Assembly: GCA_030704615.1 (NCBI GenBank)
Contig: CM060733.1
Location: 36,022,001-36,086,000 of the forward strand
Direction of reading: 5' to 3'
DNA from: Takakia lepidozioides
Lineage: Eukaryota > Plantae > Bryophyta
DNA length: 64,000 bases
A program made the translations under genes and the position numbers. The notes below the pieces were generated by a model. That model ran no database searches. It saw nothing but the letters and a program-made list of their open reading frames with translations, and was not told the origin of the DNA. Positions 49,822 to 63,833 of this stretch are shown piece after piece. Each line of letters opens with the position of its first letter. Position 1 is the stretch's first letter.

Positions 49822-51501
49822 GGAAAACTGATACCTTAACACCTCTGGAGTGTAGGTACGCAGAGGGACAAATTCACAGAGCCTGACTGCCCCCACTTAG
49901 TAAGATCTCTTTGCTGCCATCTTTCTTTCCTCTCGAATGAATTATACTGTCACACAGCTAAGTCTTGCTGGCCGAATAACATGTTGTTCCATCTCCTTCT
50001 GTTGGGCAGTTGAAATCCTTGCCAACAGTGGGCGCACTATAGTGCACAGTGGACTGTTGGTGCATGCATAGAAGCCGCACCCTAATGTGAAGGATAGTCA
50101 ATCTTCTTATGTCAAGCATGTCCTGTTCCGTACTGAAAACTGTTAAGCAATTCAGGTCCGGTGTTCCTACTTGAACATTGCGCAGAGATTTCGCGATGCA
50201 ATTTAAGCCGAAAACTGTATTAGAATGTAGGTTGGCATCACTGTTGCACATGGAAGGGCAACCCCTGCCCATCTATAGCACTCATTGTTCTCCACAACTT
50301 GAATAAGAGGATGGAGAAAGTACCGATTGGTGCACTCGACCATCTCCATGCTGGGAATCCCACTTGTCCCTGGCCCTCTCCAGTGGGTCCCCACGAGTAT
50401 GACGTTTAAAGCATAAGAAGGCTAAAGCATAAGAAGGCTCGCTTTTTAGAGTGAAGGCTCGCTTTCTTTTTTGAGCAGCTTCGTCTCAAGCATTAGAGAT
50501 GGCATACCTCGTTGCTTTCTCTCTAGTGTTGCTTTTGCTGCTTCGGGTAACTCTTCTGTTACGATATTGTTTTGGGATACTTTCTCTTGCTCTCTTCACC
50601 TTTCAGCCACAAGCTCAAAATACTTGACTCCAAGCACGGTGACCTGATCAACTTTCCTACTGTATACGCAATGCCCAACTATGACGTTAACCAAAAGAAG
50701 AAAGATGGAATAATTAGACTGACATAGCTTGCAGGGAAGGGATACGTGGGCCCATAACCTATTTAAGCAAAGCAATCACTCGCACAAGAGGCACATTGGA
50801 ATGATAAAAAGGAATGTATTAGTTGTAGATCTCAGATTGCACTACACAGCAAAAGCCTCCGTGATTGCCTCACACACTGACTTATTGCAACTCCAGCATC
50901 TGTACGCACTCTGCCACTGAACTACCGTATATAGGTAGTCACACCATTGCCAAGCTTTCATGCATCCTTGGTAGGGATGCTTGCATATAATGTCAACTAA
51001 TCGTTCCCTAACGTATCAAGAACCTGTATATACCAAGAACCTGTATAGAGCAACTAACCTCATACTGTATAAGAACCTAGATATATTACTACTACAGTCT
51101 GCCACCCATTTATCACCATGGTAGCTCACTTGGAATGGAGCCTCGTTTTCACTGCTAAACCTTGGAACGTTTCCCATAGGGAGCGAGCTACAATGTGCCC
51201 AAAATGAGCATTGCACAACCAGCGAAGTAGAAGAGACAAGGATATCTTAACGTGAATTGATAAATCTTATTTGTTACAATTGCTTGTACAGTCACTGGGT
51301 CATGAACTTTTAGTTTTGTTTGTGTCGGGAACCTCCCTTACATCATAGAACTTCTGAGAGAAACCTGCAAGACCTTCACTTCAGCACTTATGATGAGAGG
51401 ATCAAACCAGTACTGGACCAAACGTCTATTAAGTATGATATTGAGACACTAGCCACAAAGCCTGCGAGCTGAAGATTTGGAAACGTTCCACTGGCAATGG
51501 C

Positions 51502-53908
51502 TTAATCGACTTCTTCAATATGAGGACCTCGCCCACTGGATCCATCTGCAGAGCCGCCATAGCTTCCACCGTTGGCGTCTGGGCCTACACCGCCCCCATC
51601 TCCCTGGTACATCCGGGAAATAATCGGGTTGGATATGTTTTCTAACTCCTTCATTCTGTCTTCGAGTTCATCCACCTCGGCAAGTTGGTTGTGATCCAAC
51701 CAATCTATGGTGTCATTGACCGCATTCTCAATCGATTCCTTGTCGGAACTGGTCAACTTGCCCGCGACTTTCTCGTCTCTAATTGTGTTCCTCATGTTGT
51801 AAGCAAAATTCTCAAGGGCGTTTTTGGCCTCCACCTTCCTCTTGACTTGCTCATCTTCAGACTTGTATGTCTCCGCATCCTGCACCATCTTGTCGATGTC
51901 CTCCTTGCTTAATCTTCCCTTATCATTTGTGATGGTGATGTTGTTCTTCACACCAGCAGTCTTATCTTCCGCTGCTACATTCAAGATGCCATTGGCATCA
52001 ATATCAAAGGTGACGTTGACTTGCGGTACACCCCTGGGAGCGGGTGGAATCCCTGACAGTTCAAACTTCCCAAGGAGATTATTATCCCTCGTTCTGGCCC
52101 TCTCCCCTTCGTAAACCTGAATAAGCACGCCAGGCTGATTATCTGCGTAAGTTGAGAACACTTGCTCCTTTTTCGTGGGAATAGTGGTATTCCTAGGAAT
52201 CAACGTAGTCATGACACCACCAGCCGTTTCCAAACCAAGACTGAGGGGAGCAACATCTAGCAACAAAAGGTCGGACACTTTGGCATTTCCTGTTCCAGTC
52301 AGAATAGCAGCTTGTACAGCAGCGCCGTAGGCTACTGCCTCATCAGGGTTGATGCTCTTGCACAGTTCCTTCCCATTGAAGCACTCTTGGAGCAGGTTTT
52401 GAACCTTGGGAATACGAGTAGAACCTCCCACCAACACGACTTCCTTTACATGGCCTTTATCCATCTTTGCATCCCTCAAACACTTCTCCACAGGCTCCAT
52501 GCACTTTCTAAACAAGTCAATGCAGAGCTCCTCGAATCTGGCCCTGGTGATTGTGGAGTAAAAATCAACGCCTTCATACAAAGAGTCGATTTCAAGGGTG
52601 GTTTGAGCGGTCGATGAGAGCGCTCTTTTCGCCCGCTCGCAGGCTGTGCGGAGGCGGCGCAGAGCTCTGGCATTTCCACTTATGTCTTTATGGTACTTGC
52701 GCTTGAACTCCTGGACGAAATGGTTCACCATCCGGTTGTCAAAATCTTCACCGCCGAGATGAGTGTCTCCCGCTGTGGCCTTCACCTCGAAGATTCCCTC
52801 GTCAAGGGTGAGCAAAGAAACGTCGAAGGTACCTCCACCAAGATCAAAAATGAGAATGTTTTTCTCTCCTCCTACCGTTTTCTTGTCGAGACCATACGCT
52901 ATAGCTGCAGCCGTCGGCTCATTGATAATGCGAAGCACGTTCAGGCCAGCAATGACACCCGCATCTTTTGTCGCCTGCCTCTGAGAATCATTGAAGTAGG
53001 CAGGGACTGTGACCACGGCTTGAGTGATACTCGTCCCTAGGAATGCTTCAGCAATCTCTCTCATCTTCGTTAGTACCATAGAAGAAATCTCCTCAGCAGC
53101 AAACTGTTTCTTCTCGCCCTTGTACATGAGTTCAACCATGGGCTTATCGTTGGGCCCTTTGATAACTTTAAATGGCCACAACTTCATGTCGCTTTGAACG
53201 GTCGGATCGCTGAAGTGCCTCCCAATCAAACGTTTTGCATCTAGACAAAACATGTCGAAATCAGGAAACCAGGTACAGATGTTCACACTTCTAAGCTTGC
53301 ACGCTTTTGAGTTGAAAACATTTTGAGACGAGTGCAACCCACTTCGACAAGCGTCACGACTTTCCTTACTTCTAATGTTCATTATAATCGAATTTGCCAA
53401 GAAACCACTGTAGCTGGCCAGTCCTTAGAGTGCAATCGAGTCAGTATTAGCTCTCTAGACAGATCAGATCTCAGAGCAGCAGAAACACGTCTAGAATTAC
53501 AGCCTCAAGATTATGTTTGAACAATAGTTGGAGATCGGCGTATATTCGACAGACATAGGCATAACACCTATCCTCTAACTCACTCTCGTGAAAATCAGAC
53601 GGCATGCATCTCATTTTGGTTAGATTGACTGAGGCAGTTCAAAGACAGTCTAGTATCTTGACAGCAATATGTAAGCGGAGGAGATTGATTCTACCGAAGA
53701 CCGTATTCTGAGGATTCAACGCCACTTGATTCTTTGCTGCGTCACCAATGAGACGGTCGGTGTCCGTGAAAGCCACATAGGAAGGGGTAGTCCGGTTCCC
53801 CTGGTCATTCGGAATAATCTCCACACGATCATGTTGCCAGACTCCCACGCAACTATATGTTGTACCAAGATCAATACCAATTGCAGGTCCCTCTACGTTT
53901 CCGGCCAT
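51502..53908 (-). CDS. HSP70: cytosolic heat shock protein 70, ~650 aa, 2 exons
   Basis: Exons 53908-53695 (214 bp, the canonical plant intron position) and 53240-51502. Motifs: [40 protein letters not shown]. Confidence 0.98.
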
Positions 53909-54256
53909 CTCAAATCTTCCAGTTCTAACTGAGCTCACGTCGACCCCTAAGAAAGCTAGTTAATTGATCACCTACTCAGCTCAGGTGCCAAGATCTTAAC
54001 AGCAAATCGCTAACAACAATCAACAATCACTCTGGACAGAGAGGCCACTCTGGACAGACAGACTCAAGATAGGCTGTCTATTCTGCAGCTGTGCTGTTCA
54101 GGGGTCGCTCTCGAGAGCAGATCAATATACATGTGCTTGGGCAACGAAAGCCAGAATGGAACACGTCCGAAGAGCTCAGACACGGATCACTGTGCTTCGC
54201 GAAGACAACTGGAATTCAAATCACGAGTTCCTACGCATCCCATAGGGAGGAAACTA

Positions 54257-54405
54257 TGAAACTTCTCAAAGATACTCGATTAATTATATGTTCAAAACAG
54301 CAGTGGGCACACAAGAATTTTTAATATGAAAGTTGAACTGTTGAAGATTCCCAGAGTTCGAGGCCTTTCACAGTCGTTCTCCACCTGTTCTGGAGCCTTC
54401 AGGAC
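54257..54405 (-). promoter_or_regulatory. heat-shock elements upstream of HSP70
   Basis: tGAAacTTCt (54257), tGAAgaTTCc (~54342), gTTCtgGAGccTTCagGAC (54387). Confidence 0.5.
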
Positions 54406-54445
54406 GTGTAACGCATGCGTCTCGCCCTGCATGGTCATGGTCATG

Positions 54446-54478
54446 GTTATAAAGCACCATTTCATTTCATTTCATTTC
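54446..54478 (+). repeat. 33-bp dispersed micro-element GTTATAAAGCACC(ATTTC)4
   Basis: Exact reverse complement at 63771-63803; degenerate copy at ~19782-19810. Confidence 0.8.
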
Positions 54479-56485
54479 ATTCTTCAAGTCAAAAACGCTG
54501 TAGAAGAGCTCGCTACTACAAAACTTCGAGATCGCCCTGGGATCGGATGTCTGGACGACATGCACTGGCGCGCGACTGTAGTCTCCACTCCATCGTGACC
54601 TTTAATGCCTCTTGCACCTTTGGACGGTAGGCCGAGGCCCATTGAAATTTCCTTCTTTCGGGCTACGTTAAGTGTGAAGTAATGAAATTGCAGTCCATCG
54701 TCGGATAACGTTGAGCTGGCTCGGGGCTTTCACGCCGCGACGAGTGGCAAGCTTCACGTGCATGCCCGCCATGCGAACTCTCTTCCGTCAGCCATCTACA
54801 GCTTCACCATGTAGGCTAATTGAAGATACGAGCTCTCCTCGCCATGGCTGTTGATGACTCCTGTTCATGTGTCAGGAGGGCCTGGAGCTTACGCAAGGAG
54901 GGCCTGGAGCGGGTTGATTTGCGTGAAGCCCAGCTAGATGCGGCCTATATCTTACTTGGTTTTGTATGAACCTATAGATCAGCATGTGCTTGTGAGATAA
55001 TTCTGTACGAACAAAATGATCCAAACATTGGATGATCACAGACCTGTAGATTGTACTTTAGTTTTCCTCATGAAGCTGGATCAGAGCTGGGAGGCCCAGT
55101 CAAGTGCTGGTCTTGATGCACAGATTATCCCTCTTGTTGTGAGCCTCAGGACGACTCATTCTCGACTCATTAACTCTCATAAGGCTCCACACTGGGCATT
55201 AGACGGAGTGCCCTCTTTGTTTTTGGTCTAGTGTTGATCTCACAACATGTATGCAACGTGGGAGAAAAAACATGAAACTTATCATACCTGCAACCTTTGC
55301 TGAGCCATGTGTGGAGTGGACCTCAGAACTGACTTCAAGTAACTACCCATCACGAATTTTGGTATAGGCTTGCAGAAAAAGATATGTATAGCATATGAAT
55401 GGCATGACTCTCTCCTACATGTTTTGCCCTGCCGTCCCAAGCACTTCTCTGCAGCACCTCAAATGAGCAAAATAACTGACTCTCAAGGGCCATTGCAACA
55501 GAAGGTGAGTGGGAGATTGATTGTCGTTTAACGAATTAGTGGAGGTCAGTTTTTTGAAGAAAACATTCTTTCAAAATTCATCTTAGGTTGTTGTCACTTC
55601 TGTATAGGGAGCACCTTTCTCACCAATTTTCATCTTTTGCTTCTTGTTGCCCTTCTGCACTGCAGGTAGGCGGATATCGTTCAAGAAAAAATATCGCCCA
55701 ATCGTTCAAGAAAAAAATTTAAGCAAATTGGACATGTAGGAAGCTGACCAAACAAAGGTGGCTGTAGCATGCGGGCCCACATGGCTAATGTGAAAGAATC
55801 TGGAGAGGGCCTATTTGGAGGGTAGTCTGGAGACGCTGATCTCCCCTAAAGCTGTCACAAGTCACTGTCACCACGTCTTGGAGGCCTTGAGGAGAACGTG
55901 GTGGAGGGGAAGGCCCGAGGAGGTGAGTGGCGGGTCCGAGTGGGCTACACGAGCATCGCGCTTAGGCTGCTTGGTGGGCCGTCTCTCTCACAATGCTCCC
56001 GTTGCCGTTCTGGCATCTCGCACTCCATAGTTGCTTAACAATAATGCAAAATTTTGCAAAAGCTTAAGGTTGGGATGGTTTTATAAAGGAGTTATTCATG
56101 TGACCACTTGGTTTTTCTCACTCTGTTATGGCCCACAATCCAAGTTCTTGCAAATAAAACAATAGTAATGCCAATTCAATGATGGTCAAGCAGCTGCAAC
56201 AGGCAGGTAGACTCAATACTGCAATTCTGTGCAGTATAGCAGTGCAAATAATCTACAACTGCTATGAAGAGGAGTAAGCATCTTTACTGATCTTCTCAAG
56301 CCTCAGTACATGCGTGATCCTGAGTGTGCATCAGCTTACTTGCAACAACACACTTGGAAGCAGCGAAATATCAACAAAAAGCCGTCTGCTATCTGGATGA
56401 AAACCAATCCTCAGTTCCTTTCTCAAATAGGAAGTGGCATTCCATGTTCACCCCACCTTGTAGCAGCTGCACATCCTCTACCAAT

Positions 56486-59349
56486 TCACAATGACTGCAT
56501 TTCCAATCTTTGTTTAGCAGAATCTTTCTTCTCCAGATGCTTAATAAGCAGGAATCCCCTTGTAGTCTCGAAAGCAAAAAACCCAATTGCCGAAAAGCAT
56601 GCACTGTAGAACAATCGGGGTCCCATTCCCTTCATGAGCCCTGGTAAACCTTCCTCCAACCATATCTGCCGCAACATTGAAGCAACCCCTGAGTATGTAT
56701 AGGCGGCTATGGCTTGTGTCCGAGCTGTGGCTTCAGCACTCATCCCTACCATTCCTGTATTGGACACTGAAAGGCGGGCCTGTGTCATCAATCGTGTCTT
56801 AACGACGTCCAGCGGGGTGGTCACCATTGCTGACAATGCTCCAGCCATTGCTCCCGACAAGACACTTTGCCAAGGATCGAGCACGGATTTTCCACTTTTC
56901 CTTAGCCATGCAAATTTCAAGTACTCCTGGTAGGGGAAGTCACCAATACACACCATTTAGATCATATACAGCTTAGACTTTGGTTGCTGACACAGGAGAC
57001 CAAAGAAGTCGCACAGAACAGGGGCCTAGCATAAGGTAGACTTCAGTAAGATGTTATGCTGTGCACATGGGTCAATGATCCTGAAGGCTGGCAGGATTTC
57101 ATGACGTAGAAGTAAGATCTCCTATGTAGTAGGGCTCTACCCAAGCAAAAGTCATATTGGAAGGTAGATTGGCACATGCACTCACATACAAGGCCCAACA
57201 CCCTTTTTGATGACATTTCGTAAGGATATTTACATTGAGTCTTTGACTGGGTTGAAGCAAACAAGTTTCAATAGGGAATCTTGGTAGTTTCCTCATGGAC
57301 AAACATTCTCAATATGTTGTCCAGCAGGTGATAAAGGATGTCTAGTTGAATCTTTACAACCTAGCTTTTCAGGACGATGGGGTCAATGTAAATCTTCAAC
57401 CAGGAAAAAGCGCCCACTTCAACCTGACATACTTACAAAAGTTGAAAAATTAATCACGTTGGACGGTAGATTTCGCAAAAGTGCAGCTGAATAACCCGCA
57501 TATAAACTTACAAACCCTTCAGTCTGGATAGTGCGCATAAAAACTGCACTTGCTGAGCCAACCGCGCCAGTTTGCATTCGCTGTTTGATCACTTCCTTGG
57601 GTACAAATATTGCTGATGATGTGATATTGCCAAGAGCGGCTGCCAGAGGAGGAATTATAGCCCTAGGGCAGTTGGTTATGGAAGAGAACACAGCCTTGCC
57701 CAGTTCATAGGTTCCAAAGTAGACAGAAGAGGAGATGATGGAACCTACAATTGCAGCATGGATCCCACAATAGAGGCCCGCTATCCCTTGATCAGCAAGT
57801 ACCTGAAGCAAGTTCCAACACGTATATTACAAAATGATCCCTTTGTTCTACTCACATCCAGCCACCACTTAAAAACAGGAAACTTAGATCCAAACATCAA
57901 TACAGAAAACACAATTGGTTCTTTTACTGCCAGAAGAACCAGATGAAGTTATACAATGCCCTAATGCTGAGTTTCCTACCTTTCATGGCTTGTCCTACTA
58001 TCACCAAGACAAGACTGTCCACACCCAGATCACAGGAATACTAGGGCTCCAGCCAACACCAAGTCCTTCACCCAACATCTGATGACTGATCCATCAGAAA
58101 ATCCAAATTCAACACTATTGGATTGTCCACACAAGTGCCCAACCAGGACAACCTACGTCTTTTGTCTTGAGTTGACCACCTAATATTCGACATTGGCATT
58201 CACCATCAAGAAAATAACAAAGCAAATAAATATTTAGTGTGGTCTCTGTCACATGAGAGAGAGAGACCTTGGACACTACATCAAGGGGCCCTGAGTACAT
58301 TTGTGATGCCCCACGAGTCTGCAGCTTTGTCTTCACAGTGTCAATAGGATGGAGGGTTGCATTTGTAAACCCTCCTGAAATACCCCCTGCTATTGCACCA
58401 ATACCTGCCCTTTCTAGCAATGGAATCTGCATCACCATCCGTCTTGCTTGTGTGCTCACTGCTGTAATGCCCCTGACAATGAGTTCACCACATGTCAGCA
58501 ATGCATGTGACAAAGTATGGGTGATTGAAAGTGGAGAAGAGAAAACTGTAAGGTCAGGTCTTCAGTGATGTTCTGGAAGAAGCTGGGCCCAAAGAACTAT
58601 GAAATAGTGACACTAAGCATCACCAATTAGCAATGTTGGAAACAGAGTAGCCACAAAATCACACATGGATTTGTTTGGCCTGACCAACCTGTGCTTAATA
58701 ATCTTCCTTGATACAATGCGGGAGTGCAATTAGGGAATCAGCCTCGTAGAGACCAAAGGCAGTATAAACAATTCCAACCCTTCGGTTTCATTCAACCATA
58801 CTTATAATATTGGATTTCTGTCCTTGCCTTGAATCAGAACATGTTCCAAGTATAACACAAAGATCTAGAATCATGTCCAAAAATGGGAGCACAATTGGGA
58901 TGATTAGGTAGGTGGGTTTAATATCGATCAGCAAACGCATCATCATGATCCCATATTTACGGCGAGAATTCCATTTCGGCCATTCTGATGCCAGAATGAA
59001 AAGCTGACCTGAAAACTTGATTCAGCCGGGGATTGCTCTCTTCCACGAATCGCCCTACACCTCCTCCCTGCCACGACTCCAAAGGCTTCGACACCGAAAG
59101 AATTACAAAAGACATGGGCGACTCAGAAATTGAACCGCTACATTTTCCCACAAAATCAACTGAACCCCACCCAAATTGGACACCGCTGGAAGGCGCATCG
59201 AAATCTCTTTCTCTCACAATATCTGAGTACGAGGGAACACTCCCCAGAGATCTAACCTGCGAAATCGAAAAATCAAACCGTCTAGGATCCTCATCATACT
59301 CGAGGGCATACATCTTCTGGGGTGAAACGGTGATCATTAACCGCCCCAT
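56486..59349 (-). CDS. MFL1: mitochondrial carrier family protein, MITOFERRIN-LIKE 1-like
   Basis: Exons ~59349-58961 (start and donor uncertain), 58472-58268, 57802-57437, 56926-56486. Three carrier motifs PIDTVKTK, PKEVIKQR and PLDVVKTR; also GMGPRLFYSACFSAIGFFAFET. Confidence 0.85.
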
Positions 59350-59989
59350 CAGATCGCGAGAAAACTCGCAAGGCTCTGAGCATGACTTGAGTGTGCACCC
59401 CAATCTCGCAACCCAGTTGAAGAAAATCCCCTAACCCTCAGACTGCTCCTCTCTTCCACACACAAGCAGTTCTAAATTGCAGAGTCCAGCAGCAGAACAG
59501 AGCTTGCATTCCACAAGACAGCAGCTTTGAAGATGGAAGGAGGGAAGGAAGCCTCTGCGGGAGAGACAGCCTTACATGGATAAAAACATTTTCTATTACC
59601 GGTAAGTCTCATCCACATCAACATCCACAGGGAAGAAACCAGACGAGGATGAAACAATCAAGAGTTGCCACGTGGAATTCTGACAATAGCTGAGCTGGAT
59701 AATATATCTTTATCTTTTTTATTTTTCTATATTTTGGCTTCTTCATGCAAAAGTGCAGACTCAAGGGGTAGGAGCCAGGTTCTTTTCTTCACAGGAAGGA
59801 TGTTGGATCTGTTCCTGGTGAATCACAATAGAATGTGCTCCCACCATTGCTGCTTCTGTCCCTTCAGTGAGGTTGAAGGCTTCCAGGATTGGGAAAGGAT
59901 GTCCAGCAACAGGAGGCTGAAACACAGTGAGTCTTTATGGCACATCAAGGTATCAAAGTGGAGGAAAGGAAACCACACATTGTGCCAGA

Positions 59990-60320
59990 GAAAACAGAAC
60001 ATGAAGAACGGTGGGGAGCAAATCAGAAGAAGGTTACAGATATATCCAGGTCTTACAAGTGAACAGTGATAGCAGCTGCTGGACATCATCAAGGCAAATC
60101 AGATGGCATGTGCATTAACAAGGCTGATCTAGGATTCTGTAGGGCTGCTGGGCACTCTATTGATATATGTACAGGGGTTTCCACCATGCAGAAGTCAGCC
60201 AAGCAGACTCTCTGATTGGGAAGACAATGAGGTCCAGCGACAGATTGAGGTCTTGGTCCAGCAAGGCAAGATGCGGGAAAGCTCATCGGAGTATTCAGGT
60301 CCTGTCACACTTCCTTGAGG
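59990..60320 (+). mobile_element. Ty3/gypsy pol remnant (region just before RT)
   Basis: LQIYPGLTSEQ**QLLDII..., ADLGFCRAAGHSID, FPPCRSQPSRLSDWEDNEVQRQIEVLVQQGKMRESSSEYSGPVTLP*. Confidence 0.7.
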
Positions 60321-61137
60321 GAGCTATCTCAAGCCTGGATAGTCTTCACTTAGAATTTAATGTGCAAGTTCAGATTGCGTGAGCAACCCATGGCCTTCAA
60401 CCAAACTGTCTTTTGGCCTTGCTGCAGGAAAGAACAAGCGTTTATCAAAGCTGCTTTCAAGTGGGGTTGTGTTTCTGCGTGCCTTTGCCTGTGGGAGGTT
60501 GAGGCGGCTAAGAAACAACCCTTTTGATTAGGAGAGTGCAAATGTTACCGTCTTCCTGTTTCCCAATTATGAGAATTTGTTGCCCTCTCTGGCTAACCTG
60601 CAAGAAATCTGGAATGCCAGATAGTGTAGCAAAAACTGATCAAAGCAGAGAGAATGCATGAAAGCAAACAACACGAGAGAGGTGGATAAAACTTTCTGGG
60701 TGTAAGCTTTGGTGTTTCTGCACTAGGCTGGCAGCCAACTCTGAATGATCTTCTCTCAGGTCAAGGCTGTGCTAAAAGGTAGGAGCGAATTGGAAACATG
60801 TGCATAACTCTAGGGTGGCTCTACATATGCTTTCAACTGATGGTACCTCCATGAAAATGTACAACGTGGGGACACCATCCACGTGACTCTGCCTATCCTG
60901 CAACATGGATTACCCTTGATTCTCTGTAGCCAGATTGTCACTGGCTGTCTGCAATTGTTTTGGTTGAGTCTCATATTTCCTAGTGCACTTGAACCCACAA
61001 GTGGCTTTGGGAGGGCTAGTCTCCCATGCGGGCTTATGCCCTCAAGATCTCAGAGCAAATGTTCACATGCAATGGCGAACGAGTAAATCCCTTGGCAATG
61101 TTGCAGCGGTACCACACTGCGAGATCCAGTAATCGTC

Positions 61138-63613
61138 TCAATAGTAGGTACATTCTTGAGTTAGGTTACAAAGAGTGCGCATGGTGTTGCTGGCAACATC
61201 CATCAATTGCAGGTACTCGTCAGCTCCATCAATCAGGCACTGTTTCAGCACAAAATATTGCAGGCTAATCATCATCAAACAAAGAGGCATGTTCTAGAAG
61301 GTAGAGATCAAAAACAAGAAAATTAAGAATCATCCACAAAGAACTTCTAATAGGTCAACCATCCAAAATACGCACAGGAGAGGAGACCAAGGGAGATTAC
61401 CTTGTCGGCTTCAGCAACCCGCTCGCAGATTCTTGCCTTCTGTTCATCGGACAAGTCTGAGGACCGGACCACGAAGTCGTACAGCTGCTCATAACCCCCG
61501 TACCAGAAAGATACAACATAATGATTGTGATTATTTGAGACAGTAGTTCCTCACCCTCCCACTGCACATTCTACAGGAGCTTATTCTCTATCCACGTGCC
61601 CTTGTGTGTAGTTTTGAGAACACTGAAAAGCAGAAGCTTTCATGCTAGCGACTTTGATTGGCTACATGCTTGATTCCTACTGATAGATATGATGGTATTT
61701 TTCTTCCTCTCATTCGCTAGGAATGTACTCACCATGTTTGACCCTGGTGTAAGAAAATCGGAAGGTTGCAATTGAAGACGATGACAACAACAAGTGTAGA
61801 GTAGCATGTAGAACAAGCTGTGCTGGACAGACGAGCACCTGAGAGAAGATCTGCGAGACCGGGTACCCTTCAGCAATGATGTCAGTGACCTCCTTCTGTG
61901 CTAGGTCGAATTGCCCACTTTGGCAAGCCTTTAACAGTGACTCAAGCACATTCTCTGCCACAAGCTGCATATCAAAATTGAAAAATTTACTTTAGAGTCG
62001 GATGCGGTTTGGTACATGATGTCCAGGCTTGGCAATTTCAGCATTTACAGCCAGAAGGTGTTGAAGGTAAGAGGAGTACCCCAGAGACGCTGATGATGTT
62101 CTCACTGGATATGGAGGAGCCATACAGGCGAGCTGCACTCTACAGACCCTAGCAAGTCCAAATGCCAACCATCAAGGCTCGATAAAAGCCAATGAAGTGC
62201 CCTTCCATCCTAAAGTTTATAAGAGTGCCAGAATGCATTATCAAACACCTCATCATACCTTCTGTATTCATGTTGGGAAGGATGGAAGAGGGACAAATGG
62301 GACAGGCCCTGCGAGACAAAATATTCAAAAATGCTTAACTAAGTGTTATAGCTGTCACCTCCCCAACCTAGCATAGACAGGCAAAAAGCACAGGGTTCAA
62401 AGGGGGTCCAATGATGACTCCATACAAGACTACCTGCAGCCAGTTCATCCCAGGCGATTAATATGTGGTGAGAATGATGATAGGGACTCTCACTTCAACA
62501 GTAAACTAAAGAACAGATCTCATACCTGAAGGCAAGTGATTGCCCGCCGCAAATCACCATCTGAGACTTTGCTGAGTGTGGACAAGGCCTGCACTGACAG
62601 GGACTCATTTAGTTTAGAAAATAGTTCCCACTGTGTTCTTCTTAATCTGTACACAAGCTTACATCGAGTAACCTGATTTTGCAGCTTCCCTCCACTTCAT
62701 AAGAATTTCAGAATTCAATTACCAGGGGTTCCAGCATTGAGTTCTTACACTGGGGCCCTAAACTACATGCCTGAAGGAATTCAAGAGGACAGACCCTGCA
62801 CCAGTTTGGACTTTGCAGCTAGAAGTTGGGAGAAAACAAGAAAGGCAGGAGAGCAGAATGGGAGCTGCTACCAGTGGCAAGTTCATTCTAGTCGTGCGAG
62901 TTACCTTTGTAGCGTAATTCTAGCCTCCAGATTTCACAAATATACCAACAAGATTATTGAAATACCTCCAGATTCAGACCCAAGGAGAGTCCCAGCTATT
63001 AGCATTGTCTTGAGCCTCTTTTATTGGGAGCACAGATGTGCACTACTAATCTTTCGAATGTAGTCCCCCTTCAAGACTGAGACAGCATCTTGGGAACAAC
63101 TGCTGGGTCAATATAAGCCGTCCCTTTGGGTGGACCCAACCAGCAACCCGACCTAAGAAGTTTAATCAACCAATTCACAAACTACTATATCCATACTGTC
63201 GATTGGTGTGAACATGCATATTATCTGGAGAGGTTAGGAAGCACCACCTCAGGCTTCAGCTCTAGGCCTTCCTCTTGGCAAATGTACGATATGCGACGAG
63301 TCATGATGTCTTCGATCAGTGGTTTAAATCTGAATTTGGCACATCGTGATGCCAATGGCTCTATTATCCTGGCCAAAGCATCTCAAAACATGAGGTAAGA
63401 CACACACCATCTACTTGTTTAGGTGAAACACACTCCTGTTGATTAATACCCATTGGATCTTCCAGATTCTTCTCACTACACAACAACTTCAAAGCAAGCG
63501 AAAACTGTGAAAAGCAGCCAGAAAGGAAGAGGGAGTCACCGGCTGACATAGTTGCAGATGAAGCAGAAGCGGGTGACTTTGGAGTATGTTTCCATGGTGC
63601 GCCGCAATGCATT
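61138..63613 (-). CDS. RFC4: replication factor C small subunit (RFC4 / yeast Rfc2 type), 5'-partial
   Basis: Exons 63613-63540, 63368-63248, 62588-62526, 62139-62080, 61964-61839, 61484-61401, 61239-61138. Motifs: [53 protein letters not shown]. Upstream exons lie beyond the window. Confidence 0.95.
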
Positions 63614-63833
63614 CTGATGAACAATACCGCAAAGGAAGTCTTCAGAGACCCTACCACCGGAGAATGACTTAATTTACACTGGGCTCTGTTGCCAAGACCC
63701 TGTGCCTAGTCTTGCTGGAGCAGAGAAGGAGAGAAGGGAATGGGGATAGGGATGAGCCTCTGACAGAAGAGAAATGAAATGAAATGAAATGGTGCTTTAT
63801 AACGTCCACGGAAAGCTCATAGAGCTTATGGGA

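Noticed and set aside
53241-53400. N-terminal extension of the 632-aa HSP70 ORF
   Set aside because: It is intron read-through; the true first exon is 53908-53695.
58080-58103. Hammerhead-ribozyme-like CTGATGA...GAAA
   Set aside because: Stem II lacks the closing R-Y pair, and no stems I/III or cleavage triplet could be formed.
11286-63613. Functional clustering of MSH2 and RFC4 (DNA repair/replication)
   Set aside because: They are 40 kb apart with unrelated genes between; consistent with chance.
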